Below, piece after piece: positions 9,399 to 17,662 of a stretch of 61,544 nt of DNA; position 1 is the first letter of the stretch, and each line of letters starts with the position of its first letter. Source of the DNA: an uncultured Clostridia bacterium (lineage in GTDB: Bacteria; Bacillota; Clostridia; Christensenellales; UBA1242); the NCBI GenBank assembly GCA_944351415.1, contig CALVPQ010000006.1:1-61544 (forward strand), read 5' to 3'. A model generated the notes under the pieces. It was given only the letters and a program-made list of their open reading frames with translations. It did not search any database and had not been told where the DNA came from. The translations under genes were made by a program, and so were the position numbers.

Positions 9399-10448
9399 TT
9401 AAATATTTTGTGAATTATTATTCTGGTTATCAGTATTTAAAGAAGTCTCTTCTTGGCTAGTTTCTCTTCTTAACCTTATTTTTCTCATTCTTGCATCATG
9501 TTTTTCTTTATTTTTTAGAGGTTTAATTTTTTTTGATTTCTTTTCAGCCTTCCTTGCCTTTCTTTTTAATTTTCTAGATTTTCTTACAAGTTTCTTTGGT
9601 ATAGTTCCATCATCTGGCATACTTGTTAGAAGTATTTCAGGATTTGCTATTATATCATTACATAACTTTAAGCTTTTACCCATATAAAGACCATCTGCCA
9701 CACGTTCATCAAGACTCATACCAAGATTCATAAATTTACCAATTTTAATTTCCTTATTATTTTCTATGTATGGCTCCATTCTCTCTTTACCCATAGAAAC
9801 AAACATAGTTGTTGTTCCAAAATTATAAAGATGATGATAAATATGCCCAAGTTTTATTGATTTTAAATTAGTTAAAAAACAACTTGTATGAAATGGGCTT
9901 GCATCTACAAGTCCTTTAGTTAGCATACCATGCTTATCAAGCCATCTAAATATTGCCATTACCCATCTAAACATAAAGTCAGGGAATTTAACAAGTTTAC
10001 CTGCAACTTTGGTTGTTTTGTGCACAGAATTTGTTTGAGTATTTTCAAAAATTTCCCTATCCACAATTTCTTTAACCTCTTGAATACTTTCACGTCCTGT
10101 GAATTTCATCTTTAAAGTTACACTTTCCCCTTCATCTTCAAGTTTTTTCTTTATATCCATTGATATACTTATGTAATTTCTTTGATAAATTGAGCCACGC
10201 ATAATAAATCTATTTAGCTTTTTCCTTATATACAAAACACGAACAAGTGTTGCAATAACAATATGCATATAATTATAACTTGTTCCGTTACGTCTTTCAC
10301 GTGCAATAAATTCATCAAGTTTTGCACAAGGCACTTTAACAGTTGTGTAATTAACCGCATCTATTCTTTGTGGCATAAAAAACGGTTCCGCTTTATCTAT
10401 TATATTCAAACCTTTAACTTTCTTTCCATCACATCTATGACCAAACAT
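9399..10448 (-). CDS. Stand-alone 2-oxoacid dehydrogenase E2-like acyltransferase catalytic domain with a very basic tail
   Basis: TNLKSI and DERVADG (cf. DHRxxDG); no lipoyl domain; start at 10448 supported by GGAAGGAG. Confidence 0.75.
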   Translation of the reverse strand: MFGHRCDGKKVKGLNIIDKAEPFFMPQRIDAVNYTTVKVPCAKLDEFIARERRNGTSYNYMHIVIATLVRVLYIRKKLNRFIMRGSIYQRNYISISMDIKKKLEDEGESVTLKMKFTGRESIQEVKEIVDREIFENTQTNSVHKTTKVAGKLVKFPDFMFRWVMAIFRWLDKHGMLTKGLVDASPFHTSCFLTNLKSIKLGHIYHHLYNFGTTTMFVSMGKERMEPYIENNKEIKIGKFMNLGMSLDERVADGLYMGKSLKLCNDIIANPEILLTSMPDDGTIPKKLVRKSRKLKRKARKAEKKSKKIKPLKNKEKHDARMRKIRLRRETSQEETSLNTDNQNNNSQNI

Positions 10449-10464
10449 GTTCTTATCTCCTTCC

Positions 10465-11745
10465 TTATTTCCCATCTGGAATATCTGTTCTAAATTTTTT
10501 TCTAATTAAATTCTTTTCACGACCATTTTTGCCAGGTTTATAGTAAATTCTATCTTTTAGTGAATCTGGCATATATTGTTGTTTAACATAGCCTCCATAA
10601 TCGTGAGGATATTTATATTTTCCATGCCCATCTTTATTTGTGCTTGGGTGGTTTTTTAAATGATTAGGAACCTTATTATCAGTAAAGTTAATAGCATCAT
10701 CTTCCGCTTTGTGAAGTGCTATAACAACTGAATTAGATTTTTCAGCTTCACATACATAAATGATTGCGTGTGTAAGCGGAATAAGTCCTTCTGGAAGTCC
10801 CATTTTCTCCATAGCATACATGGCACTTGTTGCTAATAGTAAGGCATTAGAGTCAGCCATACCAACATCTTCGCTCGCATGAGCTACTAGTCGTCTTGCA
10901 ATTATCATTGGGTCGCACCCTGCTTTTATAAGGCGCTGTGAATAATAAAGTGCCCCTTCAACATCACAGCCACGAAGACTTTTGCAAAAAGCCGACAAAA
11001 AGTCGTAATACATATTCTCGTCCATAGACAAAGCTTTTTTATCTATAGATTGTTCGGCGGTAAGTCTATCAATATGTATCTTTTTATCTTTTGCAATTGG
11101 TGATGTCATAACAGCAAGCTCTAGTGCATTTAAAGCTGAGCGCAAATCTCCGCCACAAGCAATTGAAAAATAATCAAGAGCTTCGTTATCATATTCAACA
11201 GGCAAATTACCTAGACCATTTTCTTTATCATTAATTGCTCTTATTAGAGCTTTTTTAATGTCTTTTGATGTGATAGGTTTAAATTCAAAAACTCTACATC
11301 TTGAAACAATAGCTCTCGTCATTGAAGTGTATGGATTTTCTGTTGTTGTTCCAATAAAAAAAATAGAACCATCTTCAATTGCTTCAAGCACACAATCTGA
11401 TTGTGCCTTATTCCATCTATGACATTCATCTAGTATTAAAAATGTATCATTGCCAAACATGGCTTTATCCTGCCTGGCTCTTTCAATAATGGCTTTAGCA
11501 TCGCTTACACCACTTGTAACGGCATTGATTTTAACGTAGTTTGCCTTAAGAGTATTAGCTATTATATTTGCAAGTGTAGTTTTCCCTGTGCCTGGTGGTC
11601 CATAAAAAATACAACTACCAAGTGTTCCATATTTGATAGCTCTATAAAGTAGACTATTTTTGCCAATTATATGTTCTTGTCCAACAAAGTCTTCAAAAGA
11701 TTTTGGACGCATTTTTTCAGCAAGTGGTATTCTAGGGTTTTCCAT
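10465..11745 (-). CDS. rarA: Replication-associated recombination protein A (RarA/MgsA)
   Basis: PLAEKMRP, GPPGTGKTT, DECHRWNKAQ, TTENP, ASEDVG and YKYPHDY motifs. Confidence 0.96.
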   Translation of the reverse strand: MENPRIPLAEKMRPKSFEDFVGQEHIIGKNSLLYRAIKYGTLGSCIFYGPPGTGKTTLANIIANTLKANYVKINAVTSGVSDAKAIIERARQDKAMFGNDTFLILDECHRWNKAQSDCVLEAIEDGSIFFIGTTTENPYTSMTRAIVSRCRVFEFKPITSKDIKKALIRAINDKENGLGNLPVEYDNEALDYFSIACGGDLRSALNALELAVMTSPIAKDKKIHIDRLTAEQSIDKKALSMDENMYYDFLSAFCKSLRGCDVEGALYYSQRLIKAGCDPMIIARRLVAHASEDVGMADSNALLLATSAMYAMEKMGLPEGLIPLTHAIIYVCEAEKSNSVVIALHKAEDDAINFTDNKVPNHLKNHPSTNKDGHGKYKYPHDYGGYVKQQYMPDSLKDRIYYKPGKNGREKNLIRKKFRTDIPDGK

Positions 11746-11762
11746 TACGTTTTTATTTTACA

Positions 11763-12992
11763 CTATGAATTACCAAAAGACAAGTAAATTTCATTATTTT
11801 TATTAAAAATTTCATCTGTTAATAAAGTGAAGTTAAAATACTTAATTTTGTCAGCAAATAAATAACGCGCATTATTATGCACTATAAAGACTCTCTTCCA
11901 TGCTAAATTCCTATATATTTTAACCTCTTTAAGCCCCTTAAATTCTTCATTTATTTGCAATCCTTTTTTGTAATTTTTAATGATTTGACTCTTTATTTTT
12001 AGCCATTCATTTTCACTTTTTTCGTCAACACCATTTTTTTGCCATTTTTCCCATATTTTATAAGGCAAAGAGAAGTTAAAGGATTGGTCAAAAAGTTTAT
12101 TGTGAGTGCTTATTTTTATATCAAAAATTTGATTTATTTTTTGCTGTGACAATTCAAAAAAATTTTGCATATCTGTTGGAGAATATATACAATATTTATT
12201 ATCACCATAGTTGAAATAACATTTTTTTGCTTGCTTTGGTAAGAGTGTAAGTTCTCCAACTACATGAATGCATGCAAAAGTGCAACTTTCAAGTCCATTC
12301 ATATTTGAAAAATAGAAACTGATATTCTTAAAATGAAAATTAAAATATGCTTTTTGTTTACTTGATAAGTTTTCAATTTCAATACAATCCATACCCTTCC
12401 TAAAAAAATAGTATCCTCTTGGAAGTGGTAAATTTATCTCAAAATTTATCTTCTTTGTGGTGTTCTGAGTGTTTATAAAATTTAAAATATAATTCTTTCC
12501 ATTTAAAAGAAAATTTGTCCCTTGAAATATCACTCCATCTTGCATTATTTTCTTTGTGTAATAAAATGGAATAAACTCAAATTCTACTTTTTTGCCATTA
12601 AAAGAAATATATTCTCCTTCTAAATTATTTATAAAATCACTATGAGATAAATAGTTTATATTAAGCGCTTCAAGTGTATTACTTAATAAAGAACCTTGCT
12701 CGCTTTCCAAAATAATATAGGTATCTTTTAATAACTTTATCTTTTTATCTATTACAAGTGGAGTTGTTGTTAAAATCAGGTTAAAATCAACCTTTTTTTT
12801 AACATTTAAAAAAGCTTGATAAAATAATTTATCAAGAGGTTTTTTATATAAAAATATAGGCAATTTTGTGTCTATTCCTATTGCATCTAAAAGTGCATAA
12901 TCAATATTATTATTCGCCAAATTTGGTGCATGATATTTAATCTTATTTATTATTAAACCTTCAATTTTTTCTAAATACTCTTTTTTATTCAT
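11763..12992 (-). CDS. Hypothetical protein, possibly a degenerate GH94/NdvB-like derivative
   Basis: ACI...LTLLPKQAKKCYFNYG and IKISTHNKLFDQSFNFSLPYKI loosely resemble the GH94 beta-sandwich/linker; the start at 13064 has no RBS. Confidence 0.45.
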   Translation of the reverse strand: MNKKEYLEKIEGLIINKIKYHAPNLANNNIDYALLDAIGIDTKLPIFLYKKPLDKLFYQAFLNVKKKVDFNLILTTTPLVIDKKIKLLKDTYIILESEQGSLLSNTLEALNINYLSHSDFINNLEGEYISFNGKKVEFEFIPFYYTKKIMQDGVIFQGTNFLLNGKNYILNFINTQNTTKKINFEINLPLPRGYYFFRKGMDCIEIENLSSKQKAYFNFHFKNISFYFSNMNGLESCTFACIHVVGELTLLPKQAKKCYFNYGDNKYCIYSPTDMQNFFELSQQKINQIFDIKISTHNKLFDQSFNFSLPYKIWEKWQKNGVDEKSENEWLKIKSQIIKNYKKGLQINEEFKGLKEVKIYRNLAWKRVFIVHNNARYLFADKIKYFNFTLLTDEIFNKNNEIYLSFGNS

Positions 12993-13075
12993 ACACCAAT
13001 TATTAACATCTTTTTTTATTTTTAATCCTAAATTTATAGAAGAATTATAATTATTTTTTATCATTTTTAGTTAAA

Positions 13076-13104
13076 TAAAAAAACCAGCTCTTAAAATAGC
13101 TGGC
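13076..13104 (-). terminator. Terminator of rnpB
   Basis: CCAGCT...AGCTGG hairpin followed by a U-run on the minus strand. Confidence 0.8.
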
Positions 13105-13105
13105 A

Positions 13106-13435
13106 AGTTATGCTGTAAGCCGAGTTCTGTATTAGACAATCATCTATCTAGCCTTATTGTTGCCAATAAGTTCAAGCGGTTCATTCAGGACGTGAGAGAA
13201 CAAGCACTTTATGCCCCTTTGACCTTGCATCAGGTGGAGTTCACAGAGCCTTAATTATCTCTAATTAAGCGGTGGTCTCTTACACCACCTTTCCAGCCTT
13301 ACCTATAAAAATTATAGGCGGTTTATTTCTGTTGCACTATTCCTAGAGTCGCCTCCGCTGGCCGTTAGCCAGCACCCAGTTCTCTTGATGCTCGGACTTT
13401 CCTCATCAAAAATTGACGCGATTGTCTGCATAACT
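13106..13435 (-). ncRNA. rnpB: RNase P RNA (type A-like)
   Basis: GAGGAAAGTCCGAGC near the 5' end, ACAGAACTCGGCTTA near the 3' end, and P1 pairing AGTTATGC/GCATAACT. Confidence 0.97.
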
Positions 13436-13443
13436 ATGATGTA

Positions 13444-13472
13444 ATTATACCAAATTCAATACATTTTGTCAA
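13444..13472 (-). promoter_or_regulatory. sigmaA promoter of rnpB
   Basis: Consensus TTGACA-N17-TATAAT with an extended TG. Confidence 0.92.
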
Positions 13473-13543
13473 GTATGAATAGTTTGTTTGTTATTATACT
13501 TTTCATTAAAAATCAGCATAAAATAAATTTTTATTTTTAAATA

Positions 13544-14911
13544 CTAACCAACAGTAAACAAAACTTTAACTTTCCCATTTTTTCTGTCAGGATAAAATGC
13601 CTTTAAAATTCCATCTTGTGATATTTTTATTGCTATACCATATCTAGATAAAGTCGTTGCAGCTGCAAGTCTTCCACCACCATCACTGCCAGCTTCTATT
13701 TTTAAAATGGCACCAACTGCAATAATTGTTCCATCACTATCTATAACTGTTGCACCGTCCATACCAACAAGCTCTTGACGAAGTTTACGACTTAACTCAT
13801 GAAATGGTTTCCCAGATATTATTTTTCTTAAACATTCAGCTTTAACACAATGTTGCTGTTCTAGGAATGTTTGATATGAAACATTATAAATAGCCTCCAC
13901 ATAAGATAATGTTTGAAGATTATAAAGTTTACCTGCATTTTCGAGTTCTTGCCTTTTCTTTATTTCAAAATAACGTTCATCAAGAATATCATGTGCATTT
14001 ATATGGGCTAATGCGCCTTCTACTGTATCTTTATTTAAGTAAATAATGCACCCACCACTATAAGCAAAAGATGTGTCTAGGGCTGTATAATAAACAGAAC
14101 GTCTTATATCTTTCAAAGAATAATTCCCTCGATATGAAAGAAGCTGAATAACCTCCTCGTGTGAATAAACATTCCACCCACCAGACCTTTTTGAGAAAAG
14201 AAGTTCTCTATTTTTAAACAAAAGAAAATCTCCATTTTTTGTTAACACAATACCAATTCTTTTTTCATTACAAAACCTTGCAACCATCTCAAATTCATAA
14301 GGTGCAATGGCATTAACCTTTTTTACCTTATTAAGCTGAAGATAACCAATTAAATTCCCTTTCTTGTCAAATTCAACATAAGAATCAATACCATCAGAAA
14401 GAAGGGCAAAAAAATCCTTGTCCATCATATCTGAAAACGATATTGTTTCTGGTTGTTCTGAATTGTCAACACTTGTGTTTAGAATAATACCTATTGCAAT
14501 TTTTTTACCTTCATAAGTTCTTGCAGCCCATTTTTCAAGCTCGGTTAAAATTCCAAATAAAACATTTGTTGTTTCATTTTCACATAAACTTGCGCAGATT
14601 GACTTTTCAATTGCATTATTTTGAAGCACTGTTATATAACTTTCGTCATCTAGATTAAGCGAGGAAATTCTTTCAATTTCATTTAAAACATTTCTAAGAA
14701 GGCTTACTTCAAAAGCTTGAAATGGTTGTCCTCGTCTTAAAATAAGCCTGTATTCATCTGACTTTGATGGCTTAATCAACAAAGAATTACGTTTTCCAAA
14801 AGCAACTTCACTATCTCTTGAAGAAGACTCTTCTTCCCCTTCTATATAAGAGCCTATAAATAGTGGCAAAATAAGTTTGTTTACTACCTTATAAAATTCT
14901 GACTTTTCCAT
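13544..14911 (-). CDS. DisA_N/DAC (diadenylate-cyclase-like) domain protein
   Basis: C-terminal MDGATVID..G.IIA.GAIL...GGRLAAA...AIKISQDG; soluble; no DisA HhH region or CdaA TMs. Confidence 0.75.
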   Translation of the reverse strand: MEKSEFYKVVNKLILPLFIGSYIEGEEESSSRDSEVAFGKRNSLLIKPSKSDEYRLILRRGQPFQAFEVSLLRNVLNEIERISSLNLDDESYITVLQNNAIEKSICASLCENETTNVLFGILTELEKWAARTYEGKKIAIGIILNTSVDNSEQPETISFSDMMDKDFFALLSDGIDSYVEFDKKGNLIGYLQLNKVKKVNAIAPYEFEMVARFCNEKRIGIVLTKNGDFLLFKNRELLFSKRSGGWNVYSHEEVIQLLSYRGNYSLKDIRRSVYYTALDTSFAYSGGCIIYLNKDTVEGALAHINAHDILDERYFEIKKRQELENAGKLYNLQTLSYVEAIYNVSYQTFLEQQHCVKAECLRKIISGKPFHELSRKLRQELVGMDGATVIDSDGTIIAVGAILKIEAGSDGGGRLAAATTLSRYGIAIKISQDGILKAFYPDRKNGKVKVLFTVG

Positions 14912-14997
14912 ATATTCACCCCAATTAAATGAGAAAAATTAAAAAATAATTTCATTTTTATTAGTATATAATTATTTTTTTTAAGTATCAAGACTTT

Positions 14998-15735
14998 TTA
15001 AATATTTTTTTTAAAATTTTCTTCATTTTTTTGATTTTTTCCATCTTCTTTTATTAAATTTTTCTGAAGAATTTTAATTACCTTAGATTCAATACGTGAA
15101 ATATATGAACGCGAAATGTTAAATATTTCAGCTACTTCTTTTTGTGTTTTGATTTCATAACCACAAATTCCATAACGATATTTTATAATTTCTTGCTCCA
15201 TCTTTGATAGATGCTTTTTCATGGCATCTTCTACGTCCTGCATAAGACACCCAACTTCAACTTGATGAAAAACATCTTCTTCAGTCTCCGCAGGAATAAG
15301 ATTTGCAAGTTCCATTTCGTCGCTATCAGCTTTTGGTGAAAGCATGGAATTTAGAGAAACTATATCTTTATGCTTTTTGTTTGCTCTAATAAGCATTAAT
15401 ATTTCATTTTCTATACATCTAGAAGCATAAGTGGATAAAAGCACCCCCTTTGAATCATCAAAACTATCTACTGCCTTTATAAGTCCAATTGTTCCAACTG
15501 ATATAAGGTCATCAGCTTCCAGTGAATTATTATATTTTTTTACTATATGTGCCACAAGGCGTAAGTTATGATTTATTAAAATCTCCCTAGCTTTTGGGTC
15601 GCCCTCCTGTAATCTTTGAACTATTTCAATTTCTTCTTCTTTTGATAGTGGTTTGGGAAAACCTTGAATGCTACTTACAAATGATGTAAAACAACAAATT
15701 TTGCTGATAAACTTTGCAAAACTTTCATAAATCAT
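14998..15735 (-). CDS. sigK: Sporulation sigma factor pro-sigmaK, uninterrupted
   Basis: FPKPLS, NLRLVAHIVKKY, DDLISVGTIGLIKA, RCIENEILM and ISRSYISRIE; short pro-sequence. Confidence 0.9.
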   Translation of the reverse strand: MIYESFAKFISKICCFTSFVSSIQGFPKPLSKEEEIEIVQRLQEGDPKAREILINHNLRLVAHIVKKYNNSLEADDLISVGTIGLIKAVDSFDDSKGVLLSTYASRCIENEILMLIRANKKHKDIVSLNSMLSPKADSDEMELANLIPAETEEDVFHQVEVGCLMQDVEDAMKKHLSKMEQEIIKYRYGICGYEIKTQKEVAEIFNISRSYISRIESKVIKILQKNLIKEDGKNQKNEENFKKNI

Positions 15736-15790
15736 ATACACCACCCCTTAAGTGAAGATAATCACAATAATATTTGTATATGTTGAAAGT

Positions 15791-15797
15791 TGTCGAA
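15791..15797. promoter_or_regulatory. Spo0A box upstream of sigK
   Basis: Exact TGTCGAA. Confidence 0.55.
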
Positions 15798-15896
15798 TTT
15801 TGCTTGTCTAATAAAAAAAATAGCCATTAAAACATGACCATTTTTTAATAAAATTATAAACTTTTATTATGAAGTTATTTTATAAAACCACTATAA

Positions 15897-16322
15897 CTAT
15901 ACTTTTTCAATTTCTTCAACATGGTTATCATTTATAAGTTCAATATCTACTTTTTGTTTTGATAAGGTGTTTTTAGATACATATATGTCATAATATTCCC
16001 TATCAATTGAGTAACCATTATCCTGATAGAACTTCCTGACAATTTCATCTTTTTCCTCTGGATAATATTTCCCCTCAATATCTTTAACTAAATGTTCAAC
16101 ACAATAGTTTTCAAATAGTTTTATTAAATTTGTGCCTATTTTTAAATGTCTGAAAACTTCATTGACAAACACCTTATAAAGCCATGCCTTGCCTCTTTTT
16201 ACAACAAAAGACACATAACCTATATTTTTATTGTTGTAAACAGCATTTATAATAGTTGAACCATCATATTTTTCCTTTAAAATATAACTAATATCTTTAG
16301 CTTTAAATGATTTTGTTTCCAT
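15897..16322 (-). CDS. GNAT-family acetyltransferase
   Basis: V.VNEVFRHLKIGTNLI (motif A) and FYQDNGY (motif B). Confidence 0.85.
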   Translation of the reverse strand: METKSFKAKDISYILKEKYDGSTIINAVYNNKNIGYVSFVVKRGKAWLYKVFVNEVFRHLKIGTNLIKLFENYCVEHLVKDIEGKYYPEEKDEIVRKFYQDNGYSIDREYYDIYVSKNTLSKQKVDIELINDNHVEEIEKV

Positions 16323-16462
16323 ATAACTATAATAACACAAATTACTTAAAAGTCAATATGTTAAAATTAGTATTGTCATTTCCATTAACTTTCACGAAAA
16401 AAGATGTAATTAAAAATTTAATCACATAAACCATACAGTAAAAATAGAAACAAGATTTATTT

Positions 16463-16735
16463 CTATCCTTTAAGTCCCTGCGCTTGTCGTGGCATATTTT
16501 CAATAACTACATCGTAAATTTCGCCAAGGCTAGCACAATATTCAAGAACTTTCCAAGGTGTATTTGTATGAAAATGAAGTTTTAAAAGTTCTTCATCGCC
16601 TACAACTAAAAGACAATCACCTTCGATATTTTCTGTGATATAATCTCTCACTTTATCATCAGATAAATCTTTTCCTTCAAGCAAAAGTTGTGTGTCAAAC
16701 TTGTAATTAATTTCTTCAAATTCTTCTTCGTCCAT
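16463..16735 (-). CDS. Stand-alone FakA/DAK2-protein middle-domain homolog
   Basis: GDCLLVVGD...KLHFHTNTP.KVLEY....G......IENM matches the central domain of YloV/FakA; AAGGAG RBS. Confidence 0.75.
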   Translation of the reverse strand: MDEEEFEEINYKFDTQLLLEGKDLSDDKVRDYITENIEGDCLLVVGDEELLKLHFHTNTPWKVLEYCASLGEIYDVVIENMPRQAQGLKG

Positions 16736-16762
16736 AATATTCTCCTTTTAACCTTTTTGGAT

Positions 16763-17659
16763 TTAGAATAAGTTTTCTATAAATTCATTATAATCGAATA
16801 GTTCAAGGTCATCAGCACCTTCGCCAACACCTATAAACACCACAGGAAGATGGTATTCTTTTTCAATTGCAACCACAACACCGCCTTTTGCGGTTCCATC
16901 TAGTTTTGTTAAGATAATACCATCAATATGAACAAATTCATTAAAAGCATTTATTTGATTTAAAGCATTTTGTCCTGTGGTTGCATCAAGCACTATAAAA
17001 TTATATTTATGAGCTTCTGGATACTCTCTATTAATAACTTTATCAATTTTTTTGAGTTCTTCCATTAAATTGGTCTTTGTATGAAGTCTTCCAGCGGTAT
17101 CAACAAGCAAAACATCTGTTCCTTTTGCTTTTGCACTGGATATACCATCAAAAACAACCGCCGCAGCATCAGCACCTTCAGCATGTTTTATAATACGTGT
17201 TTTTGTTCGTTCTGCCCATTCATTTAGTTGGCTTGAGGCAGCCGCTCTAAAGGTGTCACCTGCAACAAGTGTGACTTCCTTTCTTTGATTTTTGAAATAT
17301 CTTGCCATCTTCCCAATAGTTGTTGTTTTTCCAACACCATTAACCCCTATTATAGTGATAATAGCTGGATATTGAAGTTCAATTTGTGTAAGTGATGCAA
17401 ATTCTTCCTTTAATATTTCTTTTAATTCTTTTTTTACATCTTCTGCATTTCTTATTTTATTTTTTCTAGCCCTAAGTCTTAACTCATCAACTATATCCAT
17501 GCTTGTTCGAACACCTATATCACAAGATACAAGTATATCAGTAAGCTCATCATAGAAATCATTATCTAATTCGCCATGACTTAATAGTGAATCAATACGC
17601 CTTGCAATAGCTTCTCTAGTTTTTCTTAAAGCATTACCAATTTTCTTAAATAATCCCAT
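16763..17659 (-). CDS. ftsY: SRP receptor FtsY
   Basis: GVNGVGKTTT, DTFRAAA, DTAGRL, TKLDGTAKGG. Confidence 0.97.
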   Translation of the reverse strand: MGLFKKIGNALRKTREAIARRIDSLLSHGELDNDFYDELTDILVSCDIGVRTSMDIVDELRLRARKNKIRNAEDVKKELKEILKEEFASLTQIELQYPAIITIIGVNGVGKTTTIGKMARYFKNQRKEVTLVAGDTFRAAASSQLNEWAERTKTRIIKHAEGADAAAVVFDGISSAKAKGTDVLLVDTAGRLHTKTNLMEELKKIDKVINREYPEAHKYNFIVLDATTGQNALNQINAFNEFVHIDGIILTKLDGTAKGGVVVAIEKEYHLPVVFIGVGEGADDLELFDYNEFIENLF

Positions 17660-17662
17660 CTA

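Noticed and set aside
14998-15735. skin-like interruption of sigK
   Set aside because: The ORF is continuous and there is no recombinase nearby
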